Assembly (NCBI GenBank): GCA_010093745.1
Contig: MU006019.1
Span: forward strand, 1 to 64,000
Source: Piedraia hortae CBS 480.64
Taxonomy: Eukaryota
Direction: 5' to 3'
DNA: 64,000 nucleotides
Shown here: positions 21,837-32,138 of the stretch, piece after piece
Numbering within the stretch: position 1 is the first letter of the stretch
How the letters are laid out: every line of letters starts with the position of its first letter
Notes under the pieces: model-generated
What the model was told of the DNA's origin: nothing
Database searches by the model: none
The model's input: the letters and a program-made list of their open reading frames with translations, nothing else
Position numbers and translations under genes: made by a program

Positions 21837-24566
21837 TTACAACGCATAATCCTCACAATTACAAAAAACCTCATCCACCCTCCCGTCCCACACCAGATGC
21901 TGCAGCCCCGCAACAGCAGATTTCACATCCCTCCTCATTCCCGCAGGTCCACATACAAAAACACAAACTTTCCCACTCCAATTCTCACCCGCCTCGCGAA
22001 GCCAGAATTTTAGGTCGGGTCGACCATATTCGATGCTGCTCCAGTTCTGTGGGGGGGCTGAAGGAGCTCCCGAAGGGGGCCTCGTAGGGGCTCCCGGTGA
22101 AACTCCCGAGTGCACCCCCAAAGGTTCCCCCGCGGTAGGCATGGCAGGAAGGGCAGTATACCCCTCCATCGCCACCTCCCCTCCATCAGTGCTGATTTCG
22201 CTTCGTGTGTGTGCTGCAGCGACCTGCGAAATCCTCTGACCTCTTCCTTGTGAAATCCTCTTACCGCCCGCAACACTGTTCGGTAGGAAGGCTAGTCTAA
22301 GCAGTCCCTTTTCCATCTCGGTTGGGGTGCGAGGGAAGGCTAAGCCGCCGTTGTAGAGTTCGGTGGGTCGCTCCGCGGGGAGGGGACCCTGCGCGAGGGT
22401 TATGTCTATTGAGTTTGGACGGGCGCGGCGGCGTTCGTGGAGGGTTGGGTGGGGTGGTAAATGGGGGGTTGAGGTTATGATTGAGAGGGAGGAGGAGCGG
22501 GATGATCTTCGGCGTTTATTATTGTTGGTGCTGGTGTGGTTGCTGGGACTCGCTGCGCGAGGAAGGGGGAGGGAGTATCGGTGGCTTCGCTTTTGGTTGG
22601 TGATGGCTGATGAGGGTGGGGATAGGAGTTCGGATTTGGGGCGTGGACGGTTAACCTCCAGGGCGGGAGGTTCATTGGTAGATGGTTGGGGTTGGGGCTG
22701 ACTTCCGTGTGAGGAGTTGGAGTTGGCTCTTCGTGTGGCTTGTGTTTGGGGGGTTATGTTTCTTGCTGATTCTGGATGTAGAAATTGAGATGGAGAGGGA
22801 GATACTCGACGTGCAGCTTCTGGGCTGAGATGCCTTCCCGATCTCTGGCTGAGGAACGAGGTAGGTCTGGATCGCGCAGAGGTTGGGTTGCTCTGCGCCA
22901 TGTACCGGTTCTCGGCGATTTGCTGGAATACACCGTTGACCCGGTCGTGCAGAACACTCAGAGGTCGGGTGGGTGTGGCTACTGCAGTTGCTCTGGTCGC
23001 TCCGGTAATATAGAACCGACAAGAGACGGAACCAATGGGCGCAAATTCCTTGCACGTTCGAAGCTCCTCCCGAAACCATTCCATCGTTTCCGGTCGCTTC
23101 ATGGTCCAGATTAATTCGACATTCTGCGCAACGGCCCGACCGGTTCGGAGTCGCTTCACCAGATCTAGTAGGTATGATACAATGGCGGTGATACCAGAAC
23201 CACCAGCAATTAAGATGACATGGTCAAATGAGGCTAGCTGTCGACGCATACCTCCATAGGGCCCATCTAGGAAAGCCTGGTACGTGTGCCACGGACCGTG
23301 ATCCAGCGCCGTGTCGAGCACTTTACGGGTAAAGCCCGCCCATGGACGGAAGACGAGGATCATATCCCTGAATTCCTCGCCGTATTCGCTGGGCATATCT
23401 TCATCCCAGAGACTGGCAATGGTAAACGGATGACTCCCCCATAACTCGACGGCTGGCATGCGAATGTAGACAAACTGACCCGGTCGCCATCGCATGCGAG
23501 TGGGAATCGTAATCTTGACTCCGTTCTCCGGCAGCACTGTTATCGCGCTCTCTTCTCCAACCAGGAAGCTGATACGCGTTGGACTGCTCCAGTTTAGTGA
23601 CCACACACGTATTAGCCAGGAAATTGTCCAGACGCCAATCGTGGCAAAGAGATATGACCACGAGGAGAGATAGTTTTTGCAGTGCCAGAAAAGCATTCCT
23701 ACAAAGACAATGGAAACGGGTACGTGAAGCACTCGGAAGCCCTCGTAGAACCGGCGACGAAGGGGCGCAAATGAGTGCAGAGAGAGAAAGAAGAGCGGTA
23801 CGATACAAGCGAGTCCCGTGCCGTAGTAGTAGAAGTTTCCAGGTTTGATGAAGCTCTTGAAGGTGGTAATGCTGGCTTGACTGCTCCAGATGGGCGTCAC
23901 ATAGAACGGAATCATGTGAATGAGACTCAGAAGCAGACAGATGTAGGCCAGCCAGCGATGTAAGACGTTTAAACGTTCGTGGCCGATTCCCGTCATGTAG
24001 CTGATGAGATTTCCTTTAGTTCCCAATGCAACGATCCATGGAATTGTAGCGACTGCCAACATGCCAGCACGTATAGCCAACGGCGGGGAGCCAAAGCGAA
24101 TGTCTGGCCTATACAGCGGCCGGGGGAGGAAGCAGAATAGCAAGACAAAGACTGTCGCGGCGAAAACCAGCAAGATAGTGCTGAGAGAGGGCGCAATGGT
24201 CCAGTTTTTTGTGACTTTCACAGTCGGCAACGGGCGATAGGTGAACCAACGAAAGACGGCCAGGATGATGTTGAAGGGTCGGTAGGAGATTCCAGCAGTC
24301 GCAAAAGTCTCGGATCTCTGATCGGACTGCGTAGGCTCTCTACTCCCACTGACCATCTTCTCGATCTCGGCCTCGACGGCATCTGTGTGGGCGGCGGTGC
24401 GCACGCGGTCGTTCCAGAACTGAAACCATCGCCAGAGGGTGGTGAGTGCCAAGAGGACGACGGCAAAGTAGCTCCAGGCGCGCGCATACTTTCCCGACTC
24501 GGTCCAAGGATCGCGCTGGTTTGCGACAGACGGACCGGCGATGCGCTCCAGCAGCAACGCTGGCAT
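21837..24566 (-). CDS. Ferric/cupric reductase (FRE/NOX superfamily) with a large low-complexity insertion; start uncertain
   Basis: Heme His motifs LHRWLAY..SLIHM and RVLHVP..FWHC, HPFTIAS (FAD), DGPYGG, LIAGGSGIT, YGRPD and VCGP...CEDYAL. First in-frame ATG at 24566; the frame is open back to a stop at 24651-24653. Confidence 0.93.
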   Translation of the reverse strand: MPALLLERIAGPSVANQRDPWTESGKYARAWSYFAVVLLALTTLWRWFQFWNDRVRTAAHTDAVEAEIEKMVSGSREPTQSDQRSETFATAGISYRPFNIILAVFRWFTYRPLPTVKVTKNWTIAPSLSTILLVFAATVFVLLFCFLPRPLYRPDIRFGSPPLAIRAGMLAVATIPWIVALGTKGNLISYMTGIGHERLNVLHRWLAYICLLLSLIHMIPFYVTPIWSSQASITTFKSFIKPGNFYYYGTGLACIVPLFFLSLHSFAPLRRRFYEGFRVLHVPVSIVFVGMLFWHCKNYLSSWSYLFATIGVWTISWLIRVWSLNWSSPTRISFLVGEESAITVLPENGVKITIPTRMRWRPGQFVYIRMPAVELWGSHPFTIASLWDEDMPSEYGEEFRDMILVFRPWAGFTRKVLDTALDHGPWHTYQAFLDGPYGGMRRQLASFDHVILIAGGSGITAIVSYLLDLVKRLRTGRAVAQNVELIWTMKRPETMEWFREELRTCKEFAPIGSVSCRFYITGATRATAVATPTRPLSVLHDRVNGVFQQIAENRYMAQSNPTSARSRPTSFLSQRSGRHLSPEAARRVSPSPSQFLHPESARNITPQTQATRRANSNSSHGSQPQPQPSTNEPPALEVNRPRPKSELLSPPSSAITNQKRSHRYSLPLPRAASPSNHTSTNNNKRRRSSRSSSLSIITSTPHLPPHPTLHERRRARPNSIDITLAQGPLPAERPTELYNGGLAFPRTPTEMEKGLLRLAFLPNSVAGGKRISQGRGQRISQVAAAHTRSEISTDGGEVAMEGYTALPAMPTAGEPLGVHSGVSPGAPTRPPSGAPSAPPQNWSSIEYGRPDLKFWLREAGENWSGKVCVFVCGPAGMRRDVKSAVAGLQHLVWDGRVDEVFCNCEDYAL

Positions 24567-24873
24567 GTCGGTGTCTTCGGCCACATCATCCCCATGCACT
24601 GTTGTAGCCGCCGGCGCTAGACCCTGCAGTGGCGCTGTGATGGCCGCATCTCATTGGGCCTCACGCTCCTTCCTATTGGGGCGTCCACAGTCGCAAGCCA
24701 CAGTCAAATCCTGTCGTTTATTCAACCGTTCATTCGACCGTTTGCAAGCTTCCAACGGCTATATGCATGTGATCTGATCCGCCAAGCCTTCAATCTTCTC
24801 ACACACTTTGCCAAGAGACCCACTTTCCCCAAACCTGCCAAGATACACACACAATCTACAAATTACAAAAACC

Positions 24874-25551
24874 TCACCCCACCAGGTCCGCCATCCCAAC
24901 CCCACCCGCAACCAACACCAGCACACCACGCATGAAATTAAACCCATCCCACAACCTTAAAAACTGATCCGTGTTCCCTCTCTCCTCCTCATGATCAATC
25001 GGCGCATCCTCATACGGCTCCACAGGGGCCTCCAACCCCCCAATACGATTCAACTTGTGTCTCAACGGAGCCATCCATCCCCCCTCAATGACGCCCCCCG
25101 CGAGCAATGCAACCGTCGCCGCCGACCACTTCGCCACCCCTGCCCTGTTACCCATCCCCCTGTAATAGTACACAGCAAGACACGCAGCGCTTAGAGCTGC
25201 AACCCCCTGAAGCGGAGCCTGAGTCTTCCACCCGCCCTGGGTAATAATCCCAAACTGCTCCGCCGCGAGACGGTACGACGTCGACCGGCTGCTGCTGGCT
25301 TTGGAGAGGGGGAATGTCGTCCCCGGGGTTAGGAGGGAGTCGTTGCTGCTGCCACCGCCTTGGTGTGAGGGCTGGGGAGTCAGACGCCCAGACCGACTAG
25401 GCTCTTCGCCGCCGACTTTGCTAGATGTCGCGTGCAGGAGGCTGGGGATGAGGTGGAGGGAAGTTGTGAGGATTGAGCCTGCAGAGAGAAGGGCGGACCC
25501 CACCGCTACGCCTTTGAGGGTTGAGATGGCGGTCTGATCGTTGGGCGACAT
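24874..25551 (-). CDS. DUF1772/anthrone-oxygenase-like membrane protein
   Basis: Four hydrophobic helices and C-terminal WMAPLRHKL...LRLWDGFNFMRGVL pattern; ATG at 25551. Confidence 0.6.
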   Translation of the reverse strand: MSPNDQTAISTLKGVAVGSALLSAGSILTTSLHLIPSLLHATSSKVGGEEPSRSGRLTPQPSHQGGGSSNDSLLTPGTTFPLSKASSSRSTSYRLAAEQFGIITQGGWKTQAPLQGVAALSAACLAVYYYRGMGNRAGVAKWSAATVALLAGGVIEGGWMAPLRHKLNRIGGLEAPVEPYEDAPIDHEEERGNTDQFLRLWDGFNFMRGVLVLVAGGVGMADLVG

Positions 25552-25809
25552 GGTGGTTTGGAAATTTGGAGTGCTGATGTTGCGTTTGGCGTGGATGGCG
25601 TTTAGGGTTAGGAGATGAGTGTCCAACCTGACTCGATGACACTCACTTCTTTTGCACTGCTGTATGTCTTGTACGCTGAGCTGGCAGATGGTAGTTATCA
25701 TGTGAACGGGTTGAGTGAATTTCTCTTCGCGGTGGTTACTCTCGGGATATACTGCTTATTCGTACAAGCTCAGCCCTGACTCTGCTCTGAGCAACCGATA
25801 CCATGCCGA

Positions 25810-27514
25810 TCAAAAGCTCAAAATGGCAGCACTGCTATCCGGAACATCAACTTCGATTCCATAAGCCATGCCTATTCCGTTGCCGTTACCAGGCGTAATG
25901 GGCTGGACTGCAACCCTCTCACCGCGTGTAATATCATGCGAAAGGACGGGCTTGCCTTTCTCCAGCTCGTAATCATAACTGTATCCGTCAAAAGTAATTC
26001 CAGTCATGGCATCACTGCCGTTGGCCATGAGACGCTTGACGCTGGCGCCAAAGTTTACGGGGCTATATCGCAGTCTGTTAACAGGAATGGTGAACCGCTG
26101 ACTTGGCCGGGGCCCGGGCGTAATGAAATCGTTTCCTTCTGTCGCGTTGAACTCATTGAGGTTGATGAGCATGATCCTACCGAGCTGGCCATTTACATAA
26201 GCCGCATAGGCTGCGAGGTGGATGCTGTCGTTCAGCGGAATATTGACCACTTTCGGACGACCTTCAGCCCGTGTGAGATTGCCTAAGAAGGCGGCCACGG
26301 CAATGTTGCCATAGTAGGGTGGCTTGGTGCCCATTGTGGTACGATTCGTTTCAACGGGCTGCCAGCTTTGGTATCGGTAATTGGTGCCCTGGTGCATGTG
26401 GAAGCGGGAGATGTTGTTGGCGGCTAGCAGCAGGCTGAAATCAATGCCCCATAATGCACTGCCAAAAGTGTCAGACAGGCGGGCTTGACCTTGTCCGGCG
26501 AGAGAATTGCCTTCGCCGATGATAAAGGGGATGTTTGTTCGATTGGGCAGCGTGTTTAGCTCGTTACGGATTTCCGATAGACTTGCCACGGCCTCAACGC
26601 TGACAGAATGGTTGAGTAAAGTCCCGGCTAGAGTATTGCCAGGTCTACTAGCATAGCCGACATAACTACCAGTATCATGTCAGCACCGATCAGATTGGAT
26701 TCAGGACTTACTTGTGTCGTGTAATGACACCCAAGACCTTGTCGGCGTTGAGACCACTCAGCTACGTCGTTGTAAGGTTCATTAGGGGAATGAAGCCTGC
26801 GAACGATGGTCCCATGAGCTTGAACTTGGCTCCACCTGCAAGGTCCGAGCACGATTTCCTCATCTCCTCTCGGATTTTTTCAACCCAAAACCGCCATTCC
26901 TGGACATATTGTGCCTCGTGATACGTAGACGGGCGAATCGGTGCACCTTGCAGAGGGAAACCATAGAAATCAGGTTCGTTGCCAAGTTCCCAGACATCCA
27001 AATCACTACGCAAAGTGCGGCAAGCATAAGCAACAGAATCAAGTAACGCATGACGCTCTGCCGTGGTATTGCGTCCAAGGTTGAACCCATGTGTATACCG
27101 CGTTCCGGTTATAGCTCTGTACGAATCAAAGAACGACGGTCCAAATTTCAAATTAACCGGTTGATCCCTGCTGATTGATAAATTGTATCTTTGAAGAGTA
27201 GCCACCTTGAGAGTTTTGTCAAAGACAGCATTGTCTTGTGACGTGCCTCCCACTCGGATAAACGGCTTCGAACCCGCGTAAGAAGCCATGTTTTCCAAGA
27301 GCTGATTGGTGAAGGTATTGGGATGCGTGACATTCCCTGCGTAATCGGGCCAGAATGCGAATTCTATGGAATAGGAAAGGAAAGATTCCAAAGGTATGCC
27401 TGCATTGCCGGGTGCACTACTCGATACAAAGACTTTGACATCAGGGCGGCTTTGAGCTGTCGCAACATGGCATACACCAATGGCAATTGATGCGAGAAGG
27501 CTGGAGAAACGCAT
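25810..27514 (-). pseudogene. Glycoside hydrolase family 79 (beta-glucuronidase-like) with an in-frame TAG at 26764-26762; intron 26711-26666
   Basis: Signal peptide, SYSIE, IRVGGTSQD, WELGNEPD (acid/base), IGEGNS (nucleophile), FHMHQGT and PPYYG. The frame continues past the stop (LSGLNADK..RHN|YVG..TLLNH) through a canonical 46-nt intron. Confidence 0.85.
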
Positions 27515-27939
27515 TTTCGCTACGAATTGTCCAGGAGATTGAGCTCAATATTTAAGTCGCCACCAGGCTGGTTTCCCCGCAAGCAATTGAAGCCATACGA
27601 AGGAGGATGGCCAATTGCAATTGGACGGTGACAAAAGCTTGCCATTTCTAGCTTTTTCATTGCTTTTGAGCCATCCTAAGACGCCAAGGGGTGTAGCATT
27701 GACGCCCCAAGGCCCCTGGGCGTCCATGCCACTCATTCATCAAGCTCTCGGGTAAGAGCCTTGTACGTAATGCTTAATCCTCGTGGTTGTGTTGAGGACG
27801 TCATGACTTGCTCGTTGAGGTGTCCGGATATCGTCGAACTCCCGGATGTTGTGGCGTGGCATTGAAGGCGGGGGTGAAACGGCGAGCAAGCGCTAACTGA
27901 CCGCAGTCCTGCAACTGGAACCGCCCAACATAGGTTCAA

Positions 27940-28520
27940 GCATAAAAGATGTCCTGAAGAAGTTTAAACGAGTAAGAAGTCAAGGCTGCCGAGAGCATGG
28001 CAATGAAACTGACCAGGATGTACGAGGAAAGGGAAGAAAGCCAAGATCCCACCAGCCGTCCAGACGCAGGCACATGAATTCACGCACAAGATATCGTGAA
28101 AGCCTGGGTGGACTGACTCGGGCTGATGTTGAAAGCTGTTAAGCACGGAATTCGCCGCTCCATCGGACTTTCTTCGTGGGAATAAACTGCTACTTGCAGA
28201 TACAGCAATGTCATTGGAGGAGTCATGGGGCTTGTTACCCAACAATTGATGTCGCATCTATTCCGCAGGGCGTATAGAAAGTACTGACTTCTACATGGGT
28301 GAAGGTGCACACATACTCGTCGCTGAAGCGGACTTGGAAACTAGCCACGACAACATGAAGTCCGTATGAAGCATCGTCAAGCTTGCTGGCTGCACGGCGG
28401 ACACAGGTCAAAATCAATTCAGGTACAGGCTAACGAAGTACCAGCCCAGATGCCTGAAGACGTCACCGGATCTTGCGTGTGCGGACGGGCCCGCCACAAA
28501 GCCGTGGATGACGCTTTGCC
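27940..28520 (+). mobile_element. Possible degenerate Ty1/Copia gag remnant
   Basis: Broken frames give VKAWVD*LGLMLKAVKHG, DFLRG and a CVCGRARH knuckle-like motif. Weak evidence. Confidence 0.3.
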
Positions 28521-28637
28521 TGGCGTTGCTTGACCATGAGCTCGTTCGAAAGCGCTGCCCCTAGTTTCTGTTGGCATGAAGCCAGTTAAAGGGGACGAAC
28601 TGATAGTGTGAGTACACTAAGACATGAATAATAGTAT

Positions 28638-28940
28638 TGTTATGTGTGCTGCATATATAAAGGACGTTGTACATGGTCATCACGTGACACATCCTTCAAC
28701 CAAGCCTCGTTGCTATGAGCACATGAGCATATATGGCTAAACTTCTCAGGGTTTTACCTCACGGTGAATGTTTCCCCTGGAATGTGGTCACGTCACATGA
28801 TGTGAACACGGCGGATGCGGTCCGGACCGTGCCGGAATGTTGGGCAGTTGTTCCTCAACCACTCACTTCCTTAAGACCAAAATATAACAAGACAATACAA
28901 CTCAATGCATGAGCATAATCACGGATACTGTCCTTGTTCC
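28638..28940. repeat. LTR-like fragment; 28747-28819 has a diverged inverted copy at 49172-49232
   Basis: TGTT starts, a TATATAAA box, and shared motifs CGCATYCGCCRTGTT and CCGTGAGG(G)TAAAACC. Confidence 0.5.
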
Positions 28941-29339
28941 CACTCTCCGTGTCCACATTGCACATGACGCTGCGCTAGATTACCACCTCCATATTCCATC
29001 AGTTTCCTCACCGTGGCCGGCATCGGTGCAGACAGCACTAAGCCTCTGGAGCCGATGGCATACAGCGCAACGCTATCTGCCTTCATCACGGTTGCCCAGC
29101 TCCTTGTGGTCAATAAAGCTTCGCCCGGTTACCGGTAATCCTCTGGAGCAGATGAGCTCCAACCTGATGCTGTGGCTGGGATCGCACACAAAAGCTAGGC
29201 ACAGTGCTGCGACTAAAGTGTCCTAAACCGAATGACGCGAAAAGATGCGCACCCGTTAACGAATGTAACGAACGAGATACTGAGGGCCGCAGGCCACCGC
29301 ATATATGCCTTCCTTGGCCTCCAAGAAGGATTTTAGCAG

Positions 29340-29800
29340 ATTCCGGTGGCACAAGACAGCGTTTATAATGCTATTTAGCCTACTCGAGTGGTACATAATG
29401 CCTTTTGGCTTAACCAATTCTCCCGCCATGTTTAAGGCACTTATGAACGAGTTCCGGGCACTGCCCCGGTCGTTCACTGCAGGCTTGATGAATGACGTCG
29501 CCGTGTGGGGAGACACGCCCAGCTCGAAGAGCGGCTGAGAAAGGTTTTGCAACGCTTTGACGACCACGATGTGGCGCTGAACACGAAAAAACATTGATGG
29601 TTTGTGCCGAAAGGTGTGCTTCTCGGGTTCAAAGCTTCGCATGAGTGTCGACGAAGCAAAAGTGGTGGCATCAAAGTCCTACCTGACCGCAAACGGTGGC
29701 TTTGCCTCGGGTAACTTCAGTTTGCAAGTCTTTTGCGAGGCTCACAGATGCATGTCAAATGGGCAAATGTTGATGGGTTTCTGGTGCTTCTGCTCTCACT
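29340..29800 (+). mobile_element. Degenerate Ty3/Gypsy reverse-transcriptase fragment
   Basis: HKTAF...EW..MPFGLTNSPAMF...MNDVAVWG (decayed YxDD), followed by FLGF. Confidence 0.85.
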
Positions 29801-30159
29801 TGCACACCTGACGTCCGGGCTGCCTGCTTTTCCCACCAGAGGTGTGCAGGTAAAGATCTCCGCGCCTTACTCCTCTGACAGCCGCGGCATATCTCCCCGA
29901 CGTTTCATCACGAAATGGATGAGCAAACGGAACATTCGAGACAAACTTAAGGAGGTTATGTAGCCATGGTCAGGATGATTGAGTTGACCTCCTTCCATCG
30001 GCTGGGTTTCCTGCCAATAACACGATCAGCCGTTCTAATCATCCCTTCCTACCAAATGCAAGTATTAAGGTCAAAATCCACCAGTTGATTTCACGAACGC
30101 CGCGAGTTTGTGAATGTCGCCCATTTGCAAGTGTTCGCCTGGGCCGCACGGTCCTTTCA

Positions 30160-30680
30160 TGGGCTTACAACGGTGCAAGGTATACCGTGCAATTTACTGA
30201 CTACCACACAAAATTCAACATGGTATGGTGTTGTGAGCAGAAACTTCAGATACGAAGAGTCATTTCCGAGTGAGTGGCTTGGTGTACCACCATCAAGTAG
30301 TCTGTTGTAGACAGCCTACATCCTGCTCTCAGTCTCATAATTGCCTCTGGCTACTGCCTCGTTCAAAACTTTGCAGAAGACTCGCAACCTCGAGGACTGA
30401 GAGCTGAGAATTTTTTCGTTTCATGGCAAAGCCAGCGACTTAACGTCGGCCGAGGGGGAAAGCTTTGAGGTGGCGGTTTGTGCTTCGGTCGTCATCATGT
30501 CCGGACAGAAGAGTATCCTGCGAAGATCGAGGGCACTTGCTTCCTTCAGGTACCAACCACTGAAGTAGCGCCGGTAGACATTGAACTAAAGAATGTTCAA
30601 TATATTCCCGGATTTCACGTAAACATTGCCCTAGCAAACTTCTACAAACGTTGCGGAGTCTGATACGATATGAAAAATTA
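30160..30680 (+). mobile_element. Degenerate Ty1/Copia integrase and post-protease fragments
   Basis: YNGARYTVQFTDYHTK (integrase core start) and IELKNVQYIPGFHVNI (Copia LxxVLYVPxFxxNL motif). Confidence 0.7.
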
Positions 30681-30989
30681 ATACCTCAACGACACTGTCT
30701 CCTTTGGTATATTTTGAGTCGTTTGCGCCAACCAAGTCTGGACGGAGATGCATATGGTTGTATGCAAAATCTACTCGGAAGAGACGAAAACGCCCACGTC
30801 CTCCCTAGTACCAAACTTTCCGGTTCGCGTCAAAAGCGACAGAAGATTGGACATGCTGCAACGTCTCGAGCCCCTTACACTCTATCATCAAATCCAGAGG
30901 CTGGGGGCATCACAGTTGCGCATGCACGCCAGATAAAGGATGCGTTGAAGTCGCTGGGGCACGGCAGTCATCATGCTTTACAACGGATC

Positions 30990-31240
30990 ACGCTATAAGA
31001 ACGAAATCCATCGCGCAACGGGGCATAGGGTCTATGCGTTCCTGGATCTACGCGATGGATCCTGGCAAGTTCAACTCGACGAGAAAGCTGTATTCGTAAC
31101 GCTTTTTGGCCTCTACGAATGGACGGTCTTGCCGTCTGGACTGTGCAATGCGTCCGCACCTTTTCAACCATTCTTGACTGATGCTTTTCGCTCATTTGTC
31201 GCTAGTTTTTTGGACGACGTTGCATGTCTCCGATGGGATG
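30990..31240 (+). mobile_element. Second degenerate Ty3/Gypsy RT fragment
   Basis: FLDLRDGSWQVQL...KAVFVTLFGLYEWTVLPSGLCNASAPFQ...FLDDV. Confidence 0.88.
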
Positions 31241-31419
31241 AATGGCCCTCGACGAGACTCGCATGTTATTTGCGCTGCGGCTGAAGGTTGCGGATGCGCA
31301 GCACCCATTTGCAGAATGTCCAAGGATACAACGATCCTGGTTGCGGTACCGACTCTAGTCTTGCATCACCCGCGGACAAACTGGAAGACTGGCAGACGTA
31401 CGTTCTGTTATGAAGTACA

Positions 31420-31700
31420 CAGCACAAACAAACACGAGTGCTGGAAGTTGGTCCCACAGCCGCCTAGCGCTAACTTAGTCCAAGGAAATTGGGTATACAC
31501 GATCAAACATGACGTGAATGGTGCATCCGCTCGGTACAAGACAAGGTGGGTTGCAGGTGAGTTTACCTAAACCAAAGGGGTTGGTTTTTACGAAACATAT
31601 GCTTCTGTCACTAAACCTTCAACTGTCAAACTGATATTGGCTTTAATTGCTTACTACAATTCTCAGTGCCGTCAGTTTGGTATCAGGACGGCTTTCCCTC
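31420..31700 (+). mobile_element. Degenerate Ty1/Copia RT fragment
   Basis: WKLVPQP..NWVYTIKHD..RYKTRWVAGEFT*TKGVGFYETYASV..TVKLILALIA..TAF. Confidence 0.9.
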
Positions 31701-32138
31701 CTTCGTCCTTTGGGGTCGTTGTGTAGGGCGGTATGAATTCTTGTCATGGTTTGAGCAATGGCTGGCTGAGTGGCTGTGCGTCTGCAAGGCGTTTTTACTA
31801 ATGGATCTGCACATTGATGTATATTTATTATTATCGATGGTCAAAGAATCATTTTGCCTCTCATCACACCGTTACTCGTGATCAGGGATGGGTAGTGAGG
31901 TCGTTCACAAATTCTTCATCAATCCCACCGCCCTCACGAGTAAAATGAGGGCCATTACCTCCAAAAACTTGTCTGCATGGAACTCACATAAAAAATCACA
32001 CAGCAAAACACTTTAACATGGAAAAGTTCATTGTCATTTGTATCTACCCTCTCTCTCAGTCGTTCCATTCTCCTGGACCCATTCTCCGTCCCCTGGTCTA
32101 TACTTCTGTCCATCTACTCGAACTCGAACAGAAATTCG

